This document shows, piece after piece, positions 12,592 through 25,758 of a stretch of DNA of 64,000 nt. A program made the position numbers and the translations under genes. The first letter of the stretch is position 1. The number at the start of each line of letters is the position of its first letter. The stretch lies in the NCBI GenBank assembly GCA_047967505.1, contig CM106538.1; one strand, given 5' to 3'. Below the pieces are notes generated by a model that did not search any database, was not told the origin of the DNA, and saw only the letters and a list, made by a program, of their open reading frames with translations. This DNA is from Dipteris shenzhenensis. Taxonomy: Eukaryota.

Positions 12592-13558
12592 TCAAATTTG
12601 GTGCCCTAATCGAATTATCGGAAACTGTGCTCCTGTTTTCAGCATGCGATTCAACTTCATGGTTTGAAGAGACACAGTCCATCAACTCAGTAGATATACC
12701 TCTCGATGAAGAACAAGTCGTAGTTTTCCTCTTTTTTAAACTTTTTTGCCATCTGATGCTGGGTGCTCTAAGCTCAGCTTTCATGTTGTATGCTGCTGCT
12801 CTTAGCTGCCTGCTTTGCTTGCAACTTTCTTGATCATCAAAACTCAGAGCTTTCATAAGCTGTCTACATATACCTGCTGAGCTGGATACTTTGTATCAAT
12901 TGTACAGCTCGTGCTCGGTTGAGACTGGCTGATCTAGGTATGCAATTGTACAGTTTGTGATAATTAACTCAGTAGTATTAATGTTTCACGATCTAGGGTT
13001 TTGGCAGTGGATTGCTCAGTTCGTAATACAGACATGTTTTACGAGTGCTCTTGCTTTGTATGTGAAAGTAGGTTTAAACTTTTCCGTGTAAGTGTAAGTT
13101 TCTTTTAGGTTTAAACTTTTAGGTTCAAGTGAGTTTTTTTTAGAGTAATCCACCTCCAAAACCCTAGATCGTGAAACATAAATACTACTGAGCTGATTAT
13201 CATGAACTGTACAAATTGCATACCCAGATCAGCTAGTCTCAATTGAGCACGAGCTAAACAATTGATACAAAGTATCTAGATCAACAGGTCTGTGTAGACA
13301 GCTTATGAAAGCTCTGAGTTTTGATGATCAAGCAAAGTGCTTGCTAAGAGCAACAGCATACAACACGAAAGCTGAGCTTAGAGCGCCCAGCATCAGATTG
13401 GCAAAAAAGTTTAAAAAAGAGGGAAATGACGACTTGTTCTTCATCGAGAGGTATATCTATCGAGTTAGTGGACTGTGTCTCTTCAAACCATGAAGTTGAA
13501 TCGCATGTTGAAAACAGGAGCACAGTTTACGATAATTCGATTAGGGCACCAAATTTGA
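12592..13558. repeat. Long inverted repeat: arms 12592-13017 and 13143-13558, 125-nt loop (candidate hairpin RNA locus)
   Basis: Left arm tcaaatttggtgccctaatcg...gtggattgctc is the reverse complement of right arm gagtaatccac...cgattagggcaccaaatttga over ~420 bp, roughly 90% identity by eye. Confidence 0.95.
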
Positions 13559-14154
13559 GAGAATCATACTAAGGAAGAGTTGAAGGTCTGAGGTCCTGGG
13601 GACGAAAAGACACTTCCAATTGACAGCTAAGGTATTTGATATTCCGTGTGATCTTCCAACCTTGATGACAACTTGACTGTTTAGGAATTGTGATGGTGAT
13701 GCATCGCACGACGTGATGTGACTTCTCTTAAAGAAGAATGCTTCATCGGACGGCTACCCCTTTCAAAGGTTGCATGCACCCATTTGATGGAGTTTGCACA
13801 AAAACATTGGCTTGCCTTGCAAATCCTAGGACCAAAAGCTAGAGCTTCTCTACTCTATCTTCCTCACATGTAATCAGATGCATTATTGCTGGTGTAGAAG
13901 CAACATATTGTAAATTCACTACACAATTCAAAAAAAGTCAAGGGAAAGATTTTTAATCTACCACAACCCATCATGTATTGCGTAGGGAAATCCCTTGAAT
14001 TTTCAATTGCGTAAATCTTGCATAAGTTGATGTGTCAATGAAGTGAATCATTTCTCCATTCGCACGCTTTTCATAGGGTGTGGGTGTGGTTTAGTTGACG
14101 ATTTTACTTATTCTTGAAAAAGGGTGTGATCTTCGAACACCTCTTTAGTGAATC

Positions 14155-14160
<6 letters not shown>

Positions 14161-14204
<44 letters not shown>

Positions 14205-14735
14205 CCTCCATCGATCGCCATGTGTACCGTCGACCATTGCTTGTCATCATCTGCCATCCGCCACGTGTCATATTTGCTCCCCGTCCCCCCCTCTCTCTCC
14301 ATTCCTTTGAAATACTAACTACTCTCTGTGCACTGGTTTACAATTTGACGCGCTAGCAATCGGTTACTCGCAGTTTTGATGCGTAGCCTCTGGCCTGCTA
14401 ACATGCCATGCGGCATTTATTTGCAGTCTGGCTCGGGCTTCTGTAGTGGTGTAAGGCTTCGAGGTGACTATATCATGTTGCCACGTGGTGCAAAGGCGAG
14501 TCGACAACACTTTAATGGCAAGTATGAGTATCCTTGAATTTAATGCACATTGATGGCTTGGTTCCACGCGTCGATTTGACCCTCACCACATGGCATTTGA
14601 CTATATATAATTTTTTATTTAAATATTATATATATATTTAGTTTATTCTCTCTCTCTCTCTCCCTCCCTCTCTCCCTCCTCTCTCTCTCTCTCTCTCTCT
14701 TTCTCTTCTATCTATCTATCTATTTATGTATCTAT

Positions 14736-14772
<37 letters not shown>
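14161..14772. repeat. (CT)n, (ATCT)n and (GT)n microsatellites flanking a CCACGTG/CCACATG-containing segment
   Basis: (CT)n at 14161-14202; CT/ATCT/GT runs at 14648-14772. Confidence 0.9.
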
Positions 14773-14776
<4 letters not shown>

Positions 14777-16599
14777 TAGACTGGACAAGATCCCTTTCCA
14801 TAGTGAAATGAAAACAATGTAGCTCAAAAGAGAGATCAAATGTCATTAATGAAGAATATTGAACGCTAATGTTTTGTTAAAAGGTCAAAAAATTGTAGAA
14901 TGCACAATTGTTCAAAAGGTTGCGCTTTGATAAGTCATAGCAAGTGTTACTTTTATTGAAGAGGGGAGTCTGCATAGGTGCCACCATCCAACAAGCAAAA
15001 TAGTGAGAACCAGTTTCAACTTTGGTTGGGAAGACAGGTGTCATCAACACCCCTCCCTTGTTATTGGAGTCAATAAAAATCGATGCTTTAGCCATACACT
15101 TATCAAGCTTAAGTAGCGAAGATAACGAACCTTTGTAAAAAAAGGGTGGTTTTAATACAGAGTAATGTTTAGCACGATCGGTCTAAGGGTTAAGAAGTAA
15201 ACATAATGCACCTTTGTATTGAAAAAAAGGGGGGTTAATACAAATTGAAATAAGTGATGGGGGAAGAAAGAGTTTAATTAAAAGGATTTTAATGAAATAG
15301 GGGTGGTTTGAAGGGGTTAAGAAAGGAGAAAAAGATCTTAAATAAATGTAAGCAAAGAGGGAGGGGAATATAGAAAAATAAATAAGGGAATAACAAAATA
15401 AAAAAAGGGGGGGGGGAATGAGTCCATTGCACACAGTAAACTAAAACTTAGGGTTAAGGTCCTAATATATAGAAAGAAATTAAAACATTATAAAGGAACA
15501 TATACTAAGAAAAAAGAGGGGTTTTAAGTTTAATGAGATTTGTTTAAAACATTATAAATGGGGGGGGGGTTAAGTTTAAAGAGAATTGTATGGTAATGCA
15601 AAAAAAAAAAAAGCGAGCAAGGACTTTGGAGGGATTGTAAAATAAAAGGAAGGGGAAGGGGGTTTTTTTTAACTGAGGGAGGGAGAGGGGGGGTGGTTAA
15701 TAGGAAATAACTAAGTAGTATGGAACCTGTGAATCCACGGTTCCAAGGAGAAACGAGGGCGGACTATCGTTGGACTGAGTGGTGATGCACAGGGGATGAG
15801 GTGCAGTCTAACCATGGATTTGATGAACCGGAAAGGGGGCAATCGTCAGCACAATCCTGAGTAAGGAATTGAAGCCACGTGGGAGGGGCGATCATCTGTA
15901 CTATAAGCAAGGCACCAGTGAGTCCAATGGTGCTGAAAGTTCGTGCAAGAGGAAAGGACCTGGGATGGGAAAGAAGCCAAGGAGCTCTTAGCTCTAAAAC
16001 GAGCGAGGGCAGAAGACAGTGGAGGCAGCAAGCGGGAAGTACATTGTGCTAAAGGTCGAATGTAGCAGTGGAGTCTCTTTTAAAAGGCTAGCATTAGTCG
16101 GGACCCAGGGTTCAATAGGTAGTCGGGGAGTATGTGGGCTTGGAAAGGTGTGTAGGTAGGGCGGTTAAAGAGTCTGCGATTGCATGTCAGTAGAAGACAA
16201 AAGGCCACAGTACCTGTGTTCAAAGGCAGTCGATGACCAAGTACTATGTAGTGCCTTTAGTGTAGGGCATAGGGGTAGCAAAGGAGGTGAGGACTCTGAT
16301 GGCGTGGCAGTCAGGGAAGCATGTGAAGGTGAAGGCAGTAGTGTTACGCAAACCACGGGAGAGTCGGGGGTTTTTTTGGGGAGTGGTATGTTTAAAGGGA
16401 CTACTTATGATACGAGAGAACAATTGGGGGGGGGGGGAGGGAAATTAACGATAGGACTAGGAAAAGATAGAATAGTCGAGAACCGGACAGGTATTGGGAG
16501 AAAGATTGGAGACCAAAAGGGTCAGATGAGGGGTCGGGGAGGGGGGTTAGAGAGAATTAAGAAAGTTTAAGGGGGGTTGGGAGAGAAAAAATAGAAAGA

Positions 16600-16632
16600 G
16601 GTTAGCGTGAAAGACAAAGAGAGAGGGGGGGA

Positions 16633-16683
<51 letters not shown>

Positions 16684-17268
16684 AAGAAAAATATATTTAG
16701 GAAAAATTTACAAGTGAAAATTTTTAGAAAAATGGAAATAATAGGGAGAATTAGGAAATAATTTAAGCAAAATTAGGGGGAATAAAGGAGAAAACTAGGG
16801 GAAAATTAGAGAGGGAGTGGGGGAAGGAAGTAGAAAGGGGGGGGGGGGAGGAATTTAAACATGGAAAGAAACAGGGAGAAGGCATAAAAAGTAAATTGAA
16901 TGTAAAGTAGGAAAGGGATAGTAAGTGTGTGTGTGTGTGTGTGTTTTGGTTTATCTAAATAGATATAAATATATAAATATTATATATGTACATGTAAATG
17001 TAAATATAATCATAAATTTTAAATATATATGTACATATATATTTATATAAATATAAATTTATTTAAACACATAATAATTTATATTTATATATAAATATAC
17101 ATATTTTTATTCGTATAAATATATAAATAGTTAAACTATATCTGACTTTTATTTAAATATAAAGAGAGTGTGTGTGTGTGCATGTGCGTGTGTGCATTCA
17201 TGCGTGCGCGCGTGCACGTGTGTGTGTGTGTATAGTTTATGTGTGTGTGTGTGTGTCCTCCCTGCTCT

Positions 17269-17314
<46 letters not shown>

Positions 17315-17577
17315 ATATATATATATGCACTTTTTATTTTATCTAAATAAATATAAATATATAAATATGATATATGTACATATAAATGTAAAATATATAA
17401 ATATATATGTTTATATATAGTTTTGTATGTCTATATATATAAATATAAATTTATTTAAAAACATATAATAAATTATATTTATATATAAATATACATATTT
17501 TCTTTCATATAAATATATAAATATGTAAGCTATAGATAATTTTTTTTAAAATATAAATTATAGATATAGATATAATT

Positions 17578-17618
<41 letters not shown>

Positions 17619-17715
17619 CTCCCCCCCTCTCTCTCTTTCTCTTTCTCCTCCCCACTCTTACTCTCTCACTCTATCCTATCCTCTCTCTGCTCTCTCTATC
17701 TCTCTCTGTCACTTT

Positions 17716-17753
<38 letters not shown>

Positions 17754-17861
17754 CACACATACACACACACACACACACATATAAAGTTATTTAAAAACAT
17801 ATTTTATGTATATGGATATGTATATATTTATTTATTTATTTATTTCTCTCCCTCTCCTTCC

Positions 17862-17909
<48 letters not shown>

Positions 17910-18015
17910 TGCTCTCTTATTATTATATTATTGATTTATATTTAGATATATTTATTTCTGTGTATTTGTATGTGTGTATATATATGTGTATATTATATAT
18001 ATATATATATATATC
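16600..18015. repeat. Low-complexity block of (GA)n, (GT)n, (CT)n, (AT)n, (CA)n with a duplicated AT-rich unit
   Basis: Runs directly visible; the unit atctaaata(g/a)atataaatatataaatat...catat...ataaatatataaata recurs at ~16953 and ~17341. Confidence 0.9.
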
Positions 18016-18684
18016 ACTTAAAAATGCTTTTACTATAGAGAAGAGGCAGTATCCTCACTGCTCTGCCACTTGACGCAGCATTCTACCCACCATAAATTCA
18101 CCTCCTCAGTCACCAATGCGAGATTCTTGCAATCGCCACGTTAGTCACCAATGCGAGCTACCCATGTCCATAGTCTCGAGCCCTACGTGCGACACGTGGC
18201 CCATCAATCTGCTGCGTGTCGTTTTGCCGATGTAGAGTCGTAGACTCCGAATTCGTGCCATGTGTACTGGCTATCGACGGAATTATGCCACGTGCCCCAT
18301 CTGCTCTGTTGTGTGTGGTCTCGAAACTGTGGCGTGAAGCAAGACACAAACACATGGCCCAATGACGCGAAGATGAGCAACTGATTGGACACGTGGGCAA
18401 CGAGACATGGCAGTGTGTGTTGGTTTTACTGGCCTCTGACCCACGCCCGTGGTGGTGGCTATGTGTTGGCCTCTGACTTGTGCCACATGGCAACCCTACA
18501 CACGGCTTTGTGCACTGTGTTGCCACATGGCGACCGCGTGCTTACGTGTTTCTGCCTCACTAAGCCTTTGTTTGCCACGTGGCATCTCGCCTTGTCTTCT
18601 AGCCTTCTCCACTCTCCCCCGAACCTCCTTCCTCCCCCAAACCTCTACAATTCATCCCCAAGCCTCCGAATTCGTGCCATGTGG

Positions 18685-19436
18685 TTGGTCTAGGATTAGT
18701 CTCCATATAGAATAGAATAGATGGAGATGCTTCCACTATAAAAAAATGTGAGAGTGTTCTGCAATTTCCTAGCTGAAGGAACTTTTCCAATACAATCTAA
18801 TTTTCTAGTAGCCACCTTTTTCCTAGTTTTCTAATGGTCACCTCTTGTCCTAGATAGAAGTATAATGGGATATCCTAGGTAGACATATAAAAATGTATAT
18901 TTTTGGCTAGGAAATTCCCTCCTTTTTCCTAGCTTGTGAGGAAGGATAAGTATGGCTTTCAAATGGTAAATATTTCTAGTGTTTGAAAGATAAGGACATT
19001 GATGATCAATGGCGCCTACACATGTACAGATTGTCTTAGAGTCCTTGATGAAATGGTACAAGATGGAGTGTGGTGCTAGAACATAGATGTAGATATAGTC
19101 TCCACACATGCAAGTGATGAGATAGTTGATATATCACCATTGTAGACTTCTTGTGTCCACTTGTGCGACCTATAGATCCCAATGACAGTCCACGAGAAAG
19201 CTTCTGAAAATAAAGATGACAAAATATGAAGAGGGGAGAGGAGAAGAGTGGAGATGAGGAGAGAGGGCACAGCTAGAGAGCACACCACAAATGACTAACT
19301 GTACACTAGATTTAGTTGAAAATGTATTTAGGGTTAGGATTAGGGTTAGGGCATCTAACCCTTTCCTTTATATCACTCTATATGTGTTAGTGCTATGCAC
19401 ATATAATCACATGATGTTGAGCGTGGTCTCTCAATA
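18685..19436 (-). mobile_element. Probable 3' LTR of the truncated Copia element
   Basis: On the minus strand a PPT-like AAGGGAAGG directly precedes TATTGAGA at 19436; lies downstream of the RNase H; left boundary approximate. Confidence 0.6.
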
Positions 19437-20975
19437 CCTTCCCTTAAGATCAACATCATGAAGTAGGCCTTCCCTCAAGATGATGATTCTGGGGAATCGA
19501 AGGACTGAACACTACATTCCGTCACACCCCTTTAATGGGAATGTCCTTCCTTTGCGTCAAACCAAGAGCTTCTCGATGTTTCTCGAAAAGCTCTTTTCCG
19601 AGTGGTTTGGTAAAGATGTCTGCAACATTCTCTTTGCTATCACAATGTTGCAGTGTGATGTCACCAAGTAACACTCTTTCTTTCATGAAGTGCTCTCTGA
19701 CATCAATGTGCTTTGTCCTACAGTGATATACTGGATTCTTGGTCAATGCTTGACCCAATTGGTTATCACAGTATATTGTTGTTGGCTTTGATTCATCAAA
19801 GTAGTCTGTTTCTGACAATAGTATTCTGAGCCATCTAGCCTCACATGCACCTGTAGTGAGTGCTCTATATTATGCTTCAGTTGAAGACAAAGAAACAGTT
19901 GGCTGTTTGTTTAACAACCATGATATAGCACCTTGACCAAGGAAAAATGCATATCCCTGTGTGGATCTCCTAGTCTCATGATCTCTAGCATAGTCACTGT
20001 CATAGTATCCATGCAACCGTGGATGACTTCCTCTGTATTCTATCCCAAACTGTCTTGTACCTTTGATATATCTCAAGACTCTTTTGGCTGCATTCCAGTG
20101 AGACTGTTTTGCATTTCTAATAAGTTTCAAACTTCTTTCCATGGGAGTGGCTGCAATCTTGCAATCTACTATATGAAAATTCTTCAGGAGACTGTATTTC
20201 AGCTGACTCATAAAGGTGCTGTCTGAATCTCCCTAGAACTCAATTCCAAGACAATAGCGCATAAGTCCAAGATCTTTCATGTCGAACTTTGCAAATAAGT
20301 CTTGTTTCAATTTCTTGATGAAGATATCCTTGGTTCCAGCCACAATCAGATCATCCACCTACAAAAGTGCAATAGTAATGTCTTCCCCTTGAACTTTGTA
20401 GTAGAGAGTATGATCTGCATTAGATTTCATGTATCCCAGATTATCAAAATACTTGTTGATTCTGCTATACCAACTTTTGGGTGCATCCTTTAAGCCGTAG
20501 AGACTCTTCTTGAGATGGCAAACCTGATTCTCTTTTCCTGGTTGAGCATAACCTGCCAGTTGTTGCATGTAGACTTACTCGTTTAGGTAACGATTGAGAA
20601 ATGCATTCTTGACATCAAGCTTATACACATTCCATCTATTGAGTGCCACTAGTGATATCAAGAACCATATGGAATCCATCTTTGCTACTGGAGCATAAGT
20701 CTCGTCATAATCTTGACCATATTGCTGTGCAAATTCTTTTGCAACTAATTTGGCTTTGTATCTTTGAATGCTTTCATCTGGATTGTACTTCACTTTGTAT
20801 ACCCATTTGTTTGCTATGGCCTTCTTTCCTGGTGTAAGGTCGCATAATTGCCAAGTATTATTCTTGTACAAAGTATCCATTTCTTCATTCATAGAAGTTT
20901 GCCATTCTGGCTTGTAGAGTGCGTCTTCGAAGTACACTGACTCTTCTGTAGCCATGATGGTAGTCATAAGAGCAT
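19437..20975 (-). mobile_element. 5'-truncated Ty1/Copia RT-RNase H remnant
   Basis: EMDTLYKNNTWQL, NKWVYKVK, RYKAKLVAK, DYDETYAPVA, LDVKNAFL, LKKSLYGLK, YYDSDYA, IYCDNQ, RTKHID, ADIFTKPL; stops, frameshifts and an internal deletion. Confidence 0.95.
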
Positions 20976-22378
20976 GTGGGGGAGGGTGGCGGGGTTGTGA
21001 AGAACACGTACTTTCATGATACCAACATGGCCCAACATATGCTGTGCTAGCAAACCTGTGAGCCAATTGTGGTAGAGCCATGTACACATAATTGGAATGG
21101 ATTCAAGAGGGAATTTGGGAGCCTCACTCGAACAACAAATTGTAAGCTATCATACCTCAAAGAGTGCCAATTCACAACCAGCAAGTCATTGGGTTTATGT
21201 GATAGATTGGGGAGGTGGCTCCAACAAAATTTATATGTACTAGAATTCACTTTATGATGGATGGGTCATTGGTTGGTCTACCCACATGTTCTTATGGTGA
21301 GCATATGGTTAGATAGAAATCCTTGTAGCACTTAAAAGTCAGAGTGAATAGAGTCCTTAATGGATTTAGGGCAACAACAAGAATAGCTTTAAGGAGCAAA
21401 AGAGCATGCAAAACTTAAAGAGCAAGTCCTAAGTTAGAATTGAGAAGTAGAGAGAGGTGGCTACTAGGGTTTTATTAACCTAGGTAGCATAGCTTTTGGC
21501 CAAAGAAAACAAGCTTTTTGTGTTCTGAATCAAAATTTAAATACTTTTTAAAGTGTCAAAATTTTGCTTTTGAATCAGATAATGACATATGGCAACTCAT
21601 TAATTATACTTTATCAAGACAAATTTGACCATTTTAAAATTGCCTTCAAATCTAGGGTTTTGATTACCTAAAATTTTAGTGATTAAAAACGGCACCCTTT
21701 AGACCACTACATATGTCTAGATAAACTCCACAACTTGGACATTTTCTTTTAAGATCTCCCAAACCTATCTTACGACCTATTCAATATGGTACCTTATTCT
21801 TGGTCTAATTGGGTGCTCATCACATCCAATCTTCTAATATCATTCAACAAAGGTAAATGTTTTGACAGATTATTAATAACACCTAATCTGAATATTTATA
21901 AACATTTATAATATTTAATACACACTTAAATGGTTATTATCTTAAAAGATATACTATAGTGTGTCTCTTTTTTATAGTCATAACTCAAGACCCTCCATTT
22001 TTCGCACCCTAAACTGGAAACTAGCAACCTCTTATGGTAAAATGTTGATTTCTAGCAATATTGGGCAATCGTAAGTAATATAAGGATATCTATTGGAATG
22101 GGATGCTAGCGTAAATTTGGCCAAAGGTCAAACCACAGCCAAATTTTTTAGAATTCAAATAAAAGAATTGAATCCAAGCGTACACATTAGCCCACATCAG
22201 ATAATCCACCAGTTTTGTATGCAAAGTTTGCCCACATCACGACTCTAGTGGGGAGTTGTTAGCTCTCCCGCGCCTATAAAAGAGTATAACTGAACGCCTC
22301 CATTGAACCCTCCTCCAACATCTTGCATTATTCTAGCTTTACATATGTCTTTGCTTTGGGAATGTCTTGTATCCCCCA

Positions 22379-25300
22379 TCACAACGGTATGCACAAACCC
22401 ATCAACTTGACCTTCTCTCCCCCCTGGTATGTTTGAGCATCTACATAGAGGTTAGACATCAAGACATGAGCTGCAGCATCCTTTTCATCCAATCGTGCTG
22501 CATGTTCAAAGGCCTGTCTTCCGAGCTCCACATTACCCCGCTTTTGACAAGCACCCAGCACAGTATGCCACACTGCAAGATCAGGTTGGAAAGGCATCTT
22601 CTCCACCATCGCTACCGCCTCTTCTAATTGGCCTGCACGGCCAATGAGGTCAATGATGCAAGTGTGGTGCTCGATAGTTGGAGTGATGCCATAATCTCTG
22701 CTCATGGCCTCAAAGTACTTCTGGCCTTTATCCACGAGACCCGCATGACTGCATACAGTGAGAACACTAAGGAATGTGACCCCATCTGGATCTATGCCTC
22801 GTCCTATCATTCTCTCAAGCATATGGAAAACAACTTCACTCTCCCCTAGCTGGGCATATCCTGCAATAAGTGCATTCCACGAGACTACATTTGGAGACAC
22901 ACCTTCCAATTGCATCTGTTGGAAACAATCCAGTGCTTCCTCACCAAGCCCCTGTTCAGCATATCCTGTGACTAGTGCAGTCCATGAGACTACATTTCGA
23001 ACTGGAAGCTTGCCAAACACTCGCAGTGCTCTTGCAAATGAGCCACACTTAGTATACATATCGACCAAAGTGCTGCCAACAAAAGGATCTATTTCCAGCC
23101 CCTGTCTGGCAGTCTCTGCATGTATTTCTCGGCCCTTGTCTATTGCTCCTACACTGCCGCAGGCTTTTAAGCTGCAAACAAATGTGACAGCATCCGGCGG
23201 CACACCTGCCAGTTGCATCTGTTGGAAACAATTCAGCGCTTCCTCACCAAGCCCATGTTCTGCATATCCTGTGATTAGTGCAGTCCACAAGACTACATTT
23301 TGAAATGGAAGCTTGTCAAAAATTTCTTGTGCTTTTGCAAGAAAGCCACATTTGGCATACATGTCAACCAAAATGCTACCAATAAAAGGATCATTTTCGA
23401 ATCCCTTTCTGGCAAGCTCTGCATGTATTTCTCGGCCCTTGTCTATGGCTCCCATGCTGCCACAAGCTTTCAAGCTGTAAACAAGCATGATCGCATCTGA
23501 AAACACACCCTCCAGTTTCATCTGTTCAAAACAGTTCAGTGCTTCCTCATTAGTCCCATGCTCAGCATATCCTGCAATAAGTGCACTCGATGCAACTACA
23601 TCTCGAACAATAAGCTTGTCAAACACTTCCCGTGCTTTTGCAAGCAAGCCACATTTGGCGTACATATCGACCAAGGTGTTGCCAACAAAAAGATCTCTTT
23701 CAAACTCCTTTCTGACAATGTCAACGTGTATGTCTCTGCCCTTGTCTAGGTCCCCTATGCTGCCACAAGCTTTCAAGCTGCAAACAAATGTGACAACATT
23801 CGGAGACACGCCCTCTAGTTGCATCTGTTCGTAACAGTTCAGTGCTTCCTCACCAAACCCTTGTTCCGCATATCCTGTGATTAGTGCATTCCACGAGACT
23901 ACATTTTGAGCCGAAAGGTGGTTGAACACTTCCTGTGCGTTTGCAAGCGAGCCACATTTGGCATACATATCAATCAAGGTGTTGCCAACAAAAGGATCTC
24001 TTTCTAACCCCTTTCTAGCAATCTCGCCGTGTATTTCTTGGCCCTTGTCTATATCTCCTAAATTGACACAAGCTTTCAAGATGCAAACGAACGTGATAGC
24101 ATCTGGAGATACACCCTCCCATTTCATCTGTTCAAAACAGTTCAGTGCTTCCTCACCAAGCCCATGCTCAGCATATCCTGAGATTAGAGCATTCCACGAA
24201 ACAACATCTTGGATGAGAAGCTTATCAAAGGCTCCCTGTGCTTTTGCAAGTGAGCCACATTTGGCATACATATCAACCAAAGTGTTTCCAAGAAAAGGAT
24301 CACGCTCCAACCCCTTGTTGGCAATCTCCATGTGTATTTCATGGCCTTTATCTATGGATCCTACGATGCCACAAGCCTTCAAGCTGCAAACAAGCGTGAC
24401 AACATTTGGAGACACACCCTCCAGTTGCATCTGTTCAAAACACTTCAGTGCTTCCTCACCAAGCCCATGCTCTGCATATCCTGCTATTAGTGCAGTCCAC
24501 GAGACTACATCTCGAACTATAAGCTTGTCAAATGCTTCCTTTGCTCTTATAAACGACCCACATTTGGCATACATATCAACCAATGTGTTGCCAAGAAAAT
24601 GATCCCTTTCCAACCCCTTTCTGGCAATCTCAGCATGTATTTCCTGGCCTCTTTCAACATCTTTAAGCCTAGCACAAACCTTCAGTAGAGCCAGAAACGC
24701 ATGCTTGCTAGGATGTACACGCTCCTCTTGCATTTTCCAATACAGGTTGAGGGCATTTTGTATTTTCCCACGTTCAGTATAAGCTGTGATAAGAGAGGTC
24801 CAAGAATACTCGTTGGGATGGATCAACGTGTTAAAAACCTGCAGAGCATCGCAGATGCTTCCACATTCCACCAACATTGGGACAAGGTAGTTACCTAGAA
24901 ATTTATGAGCTTCTAGCCCATTTCTGCACATGTAGGCATGCAAGCGTTTAGCATACGCTACATTTCTCTCTTTTCTGCAATTGTGCAAGAGGCATATAAA
25001 GTCATTAACTGAAGGCAGCTCGGGCATCCGTTCCAAAGAAGTGAGTGCCTCCTCTGAGCTCAGCACCTCTGACACCGTTTTGTCTAGCAGTTCTTCTGCC
25101 TTATATGCGTTTACCTGAACCCCAGAACAAACGCTGGCCTTGCAATAGCTGACACTCTCCACCAAGCCACTGCTTTCAGAGATTGACCGGTCTTGACCAC
25201 TGGAAACTCTGCCTTCATGCATGTCCTTTTTCTCCAGCATGTCTTTAACCCGAATTGGATTGTAGCAGCCGTCTATCCATAACGACTCCTTGGTAATTTT

Positions 25301-25758
25301 ATGCTTGGAATCCAGAGGCCTTGCGTTCTCCTGTTAACACTCACAACAGACACGTCAGACTAGCCAATGTGACTACAGCTCTACCTCCAAATCAATTTTT
25401 CGCTCACTTACTTGGATACTTCGGTTATCCCATGGAAACGTCAAGTACTCTTGCCATGAGCGCTCGGTCATGAACCTACCTGCGAAGCATGAGACCAATC
25501 ATGAGAAGTGTGTGGGTGCATGACAAAGAGATTTGAAGTCAAGTTTGTTATGCAGTACCTGAAATCGAAGTGTTCTCCACCACCGGGATGAGGAAACCTG
25601 CGTCTTGATGGGCTATCGCTCCAATGCCTCCCTGGGTATCCAGCCATGGAGCTTGTGGGGAAGCCATTCCAGTGGGGCTGCTCATCCCCAGTTTTGGTTC
25701 CTTCCGTGTAGTTGTTCCCTGTTTCAGTTCCTTCAGAGGATGATGCCCCGCCAGCCAT
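22379..25758 (-). CDS. PLS-class pentatricopeptide repeat protein with E domains and no DYW domain (likely organellar RNA-editing factor); proposed exons 25758-25559, 25475-25412, 25330-22379
   Basis: 953-aa ORF with about seven P-L-S triplets at 303-bp period (LVDMYAKCG / VVSWTALIAGYAEHG / FVCSLKACG), ending FLSVLTVCSHAGLVDKG..HHTCIIDLIGRAG..WHTVLGAC..AHVLMSNLY. Frame stays open to an AG at 25331-25332; upstream GT-AG introns of 81 and 83 nt keep the frame. The two 5' exons are less certain than the main exon. Confidence 0.9.

Noticed and set aside
12443-13493. Paired ORFs starting MKALSFDDQ on opposite strands
   Set aside because: A consequence of the inverted repeat; the frames diverge by indels and show no domain.
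11308-14100. Kinase exons of a LysM receptor kinase
   Set aside because: No kinase motifs (GxGxxG, HRD, DFG) or transmembrane exon recognised downstream of the LysM ORF.
19327-19351. Interstitial telomere
   Set aside because: Only four imperfect TT(T)AGGG units inside an LTR; too short.
22628-24898. Plus-strand ORFs up to 226 aa
   Set aside because: Antisense shadows of the repetitive PPR coding sequence.
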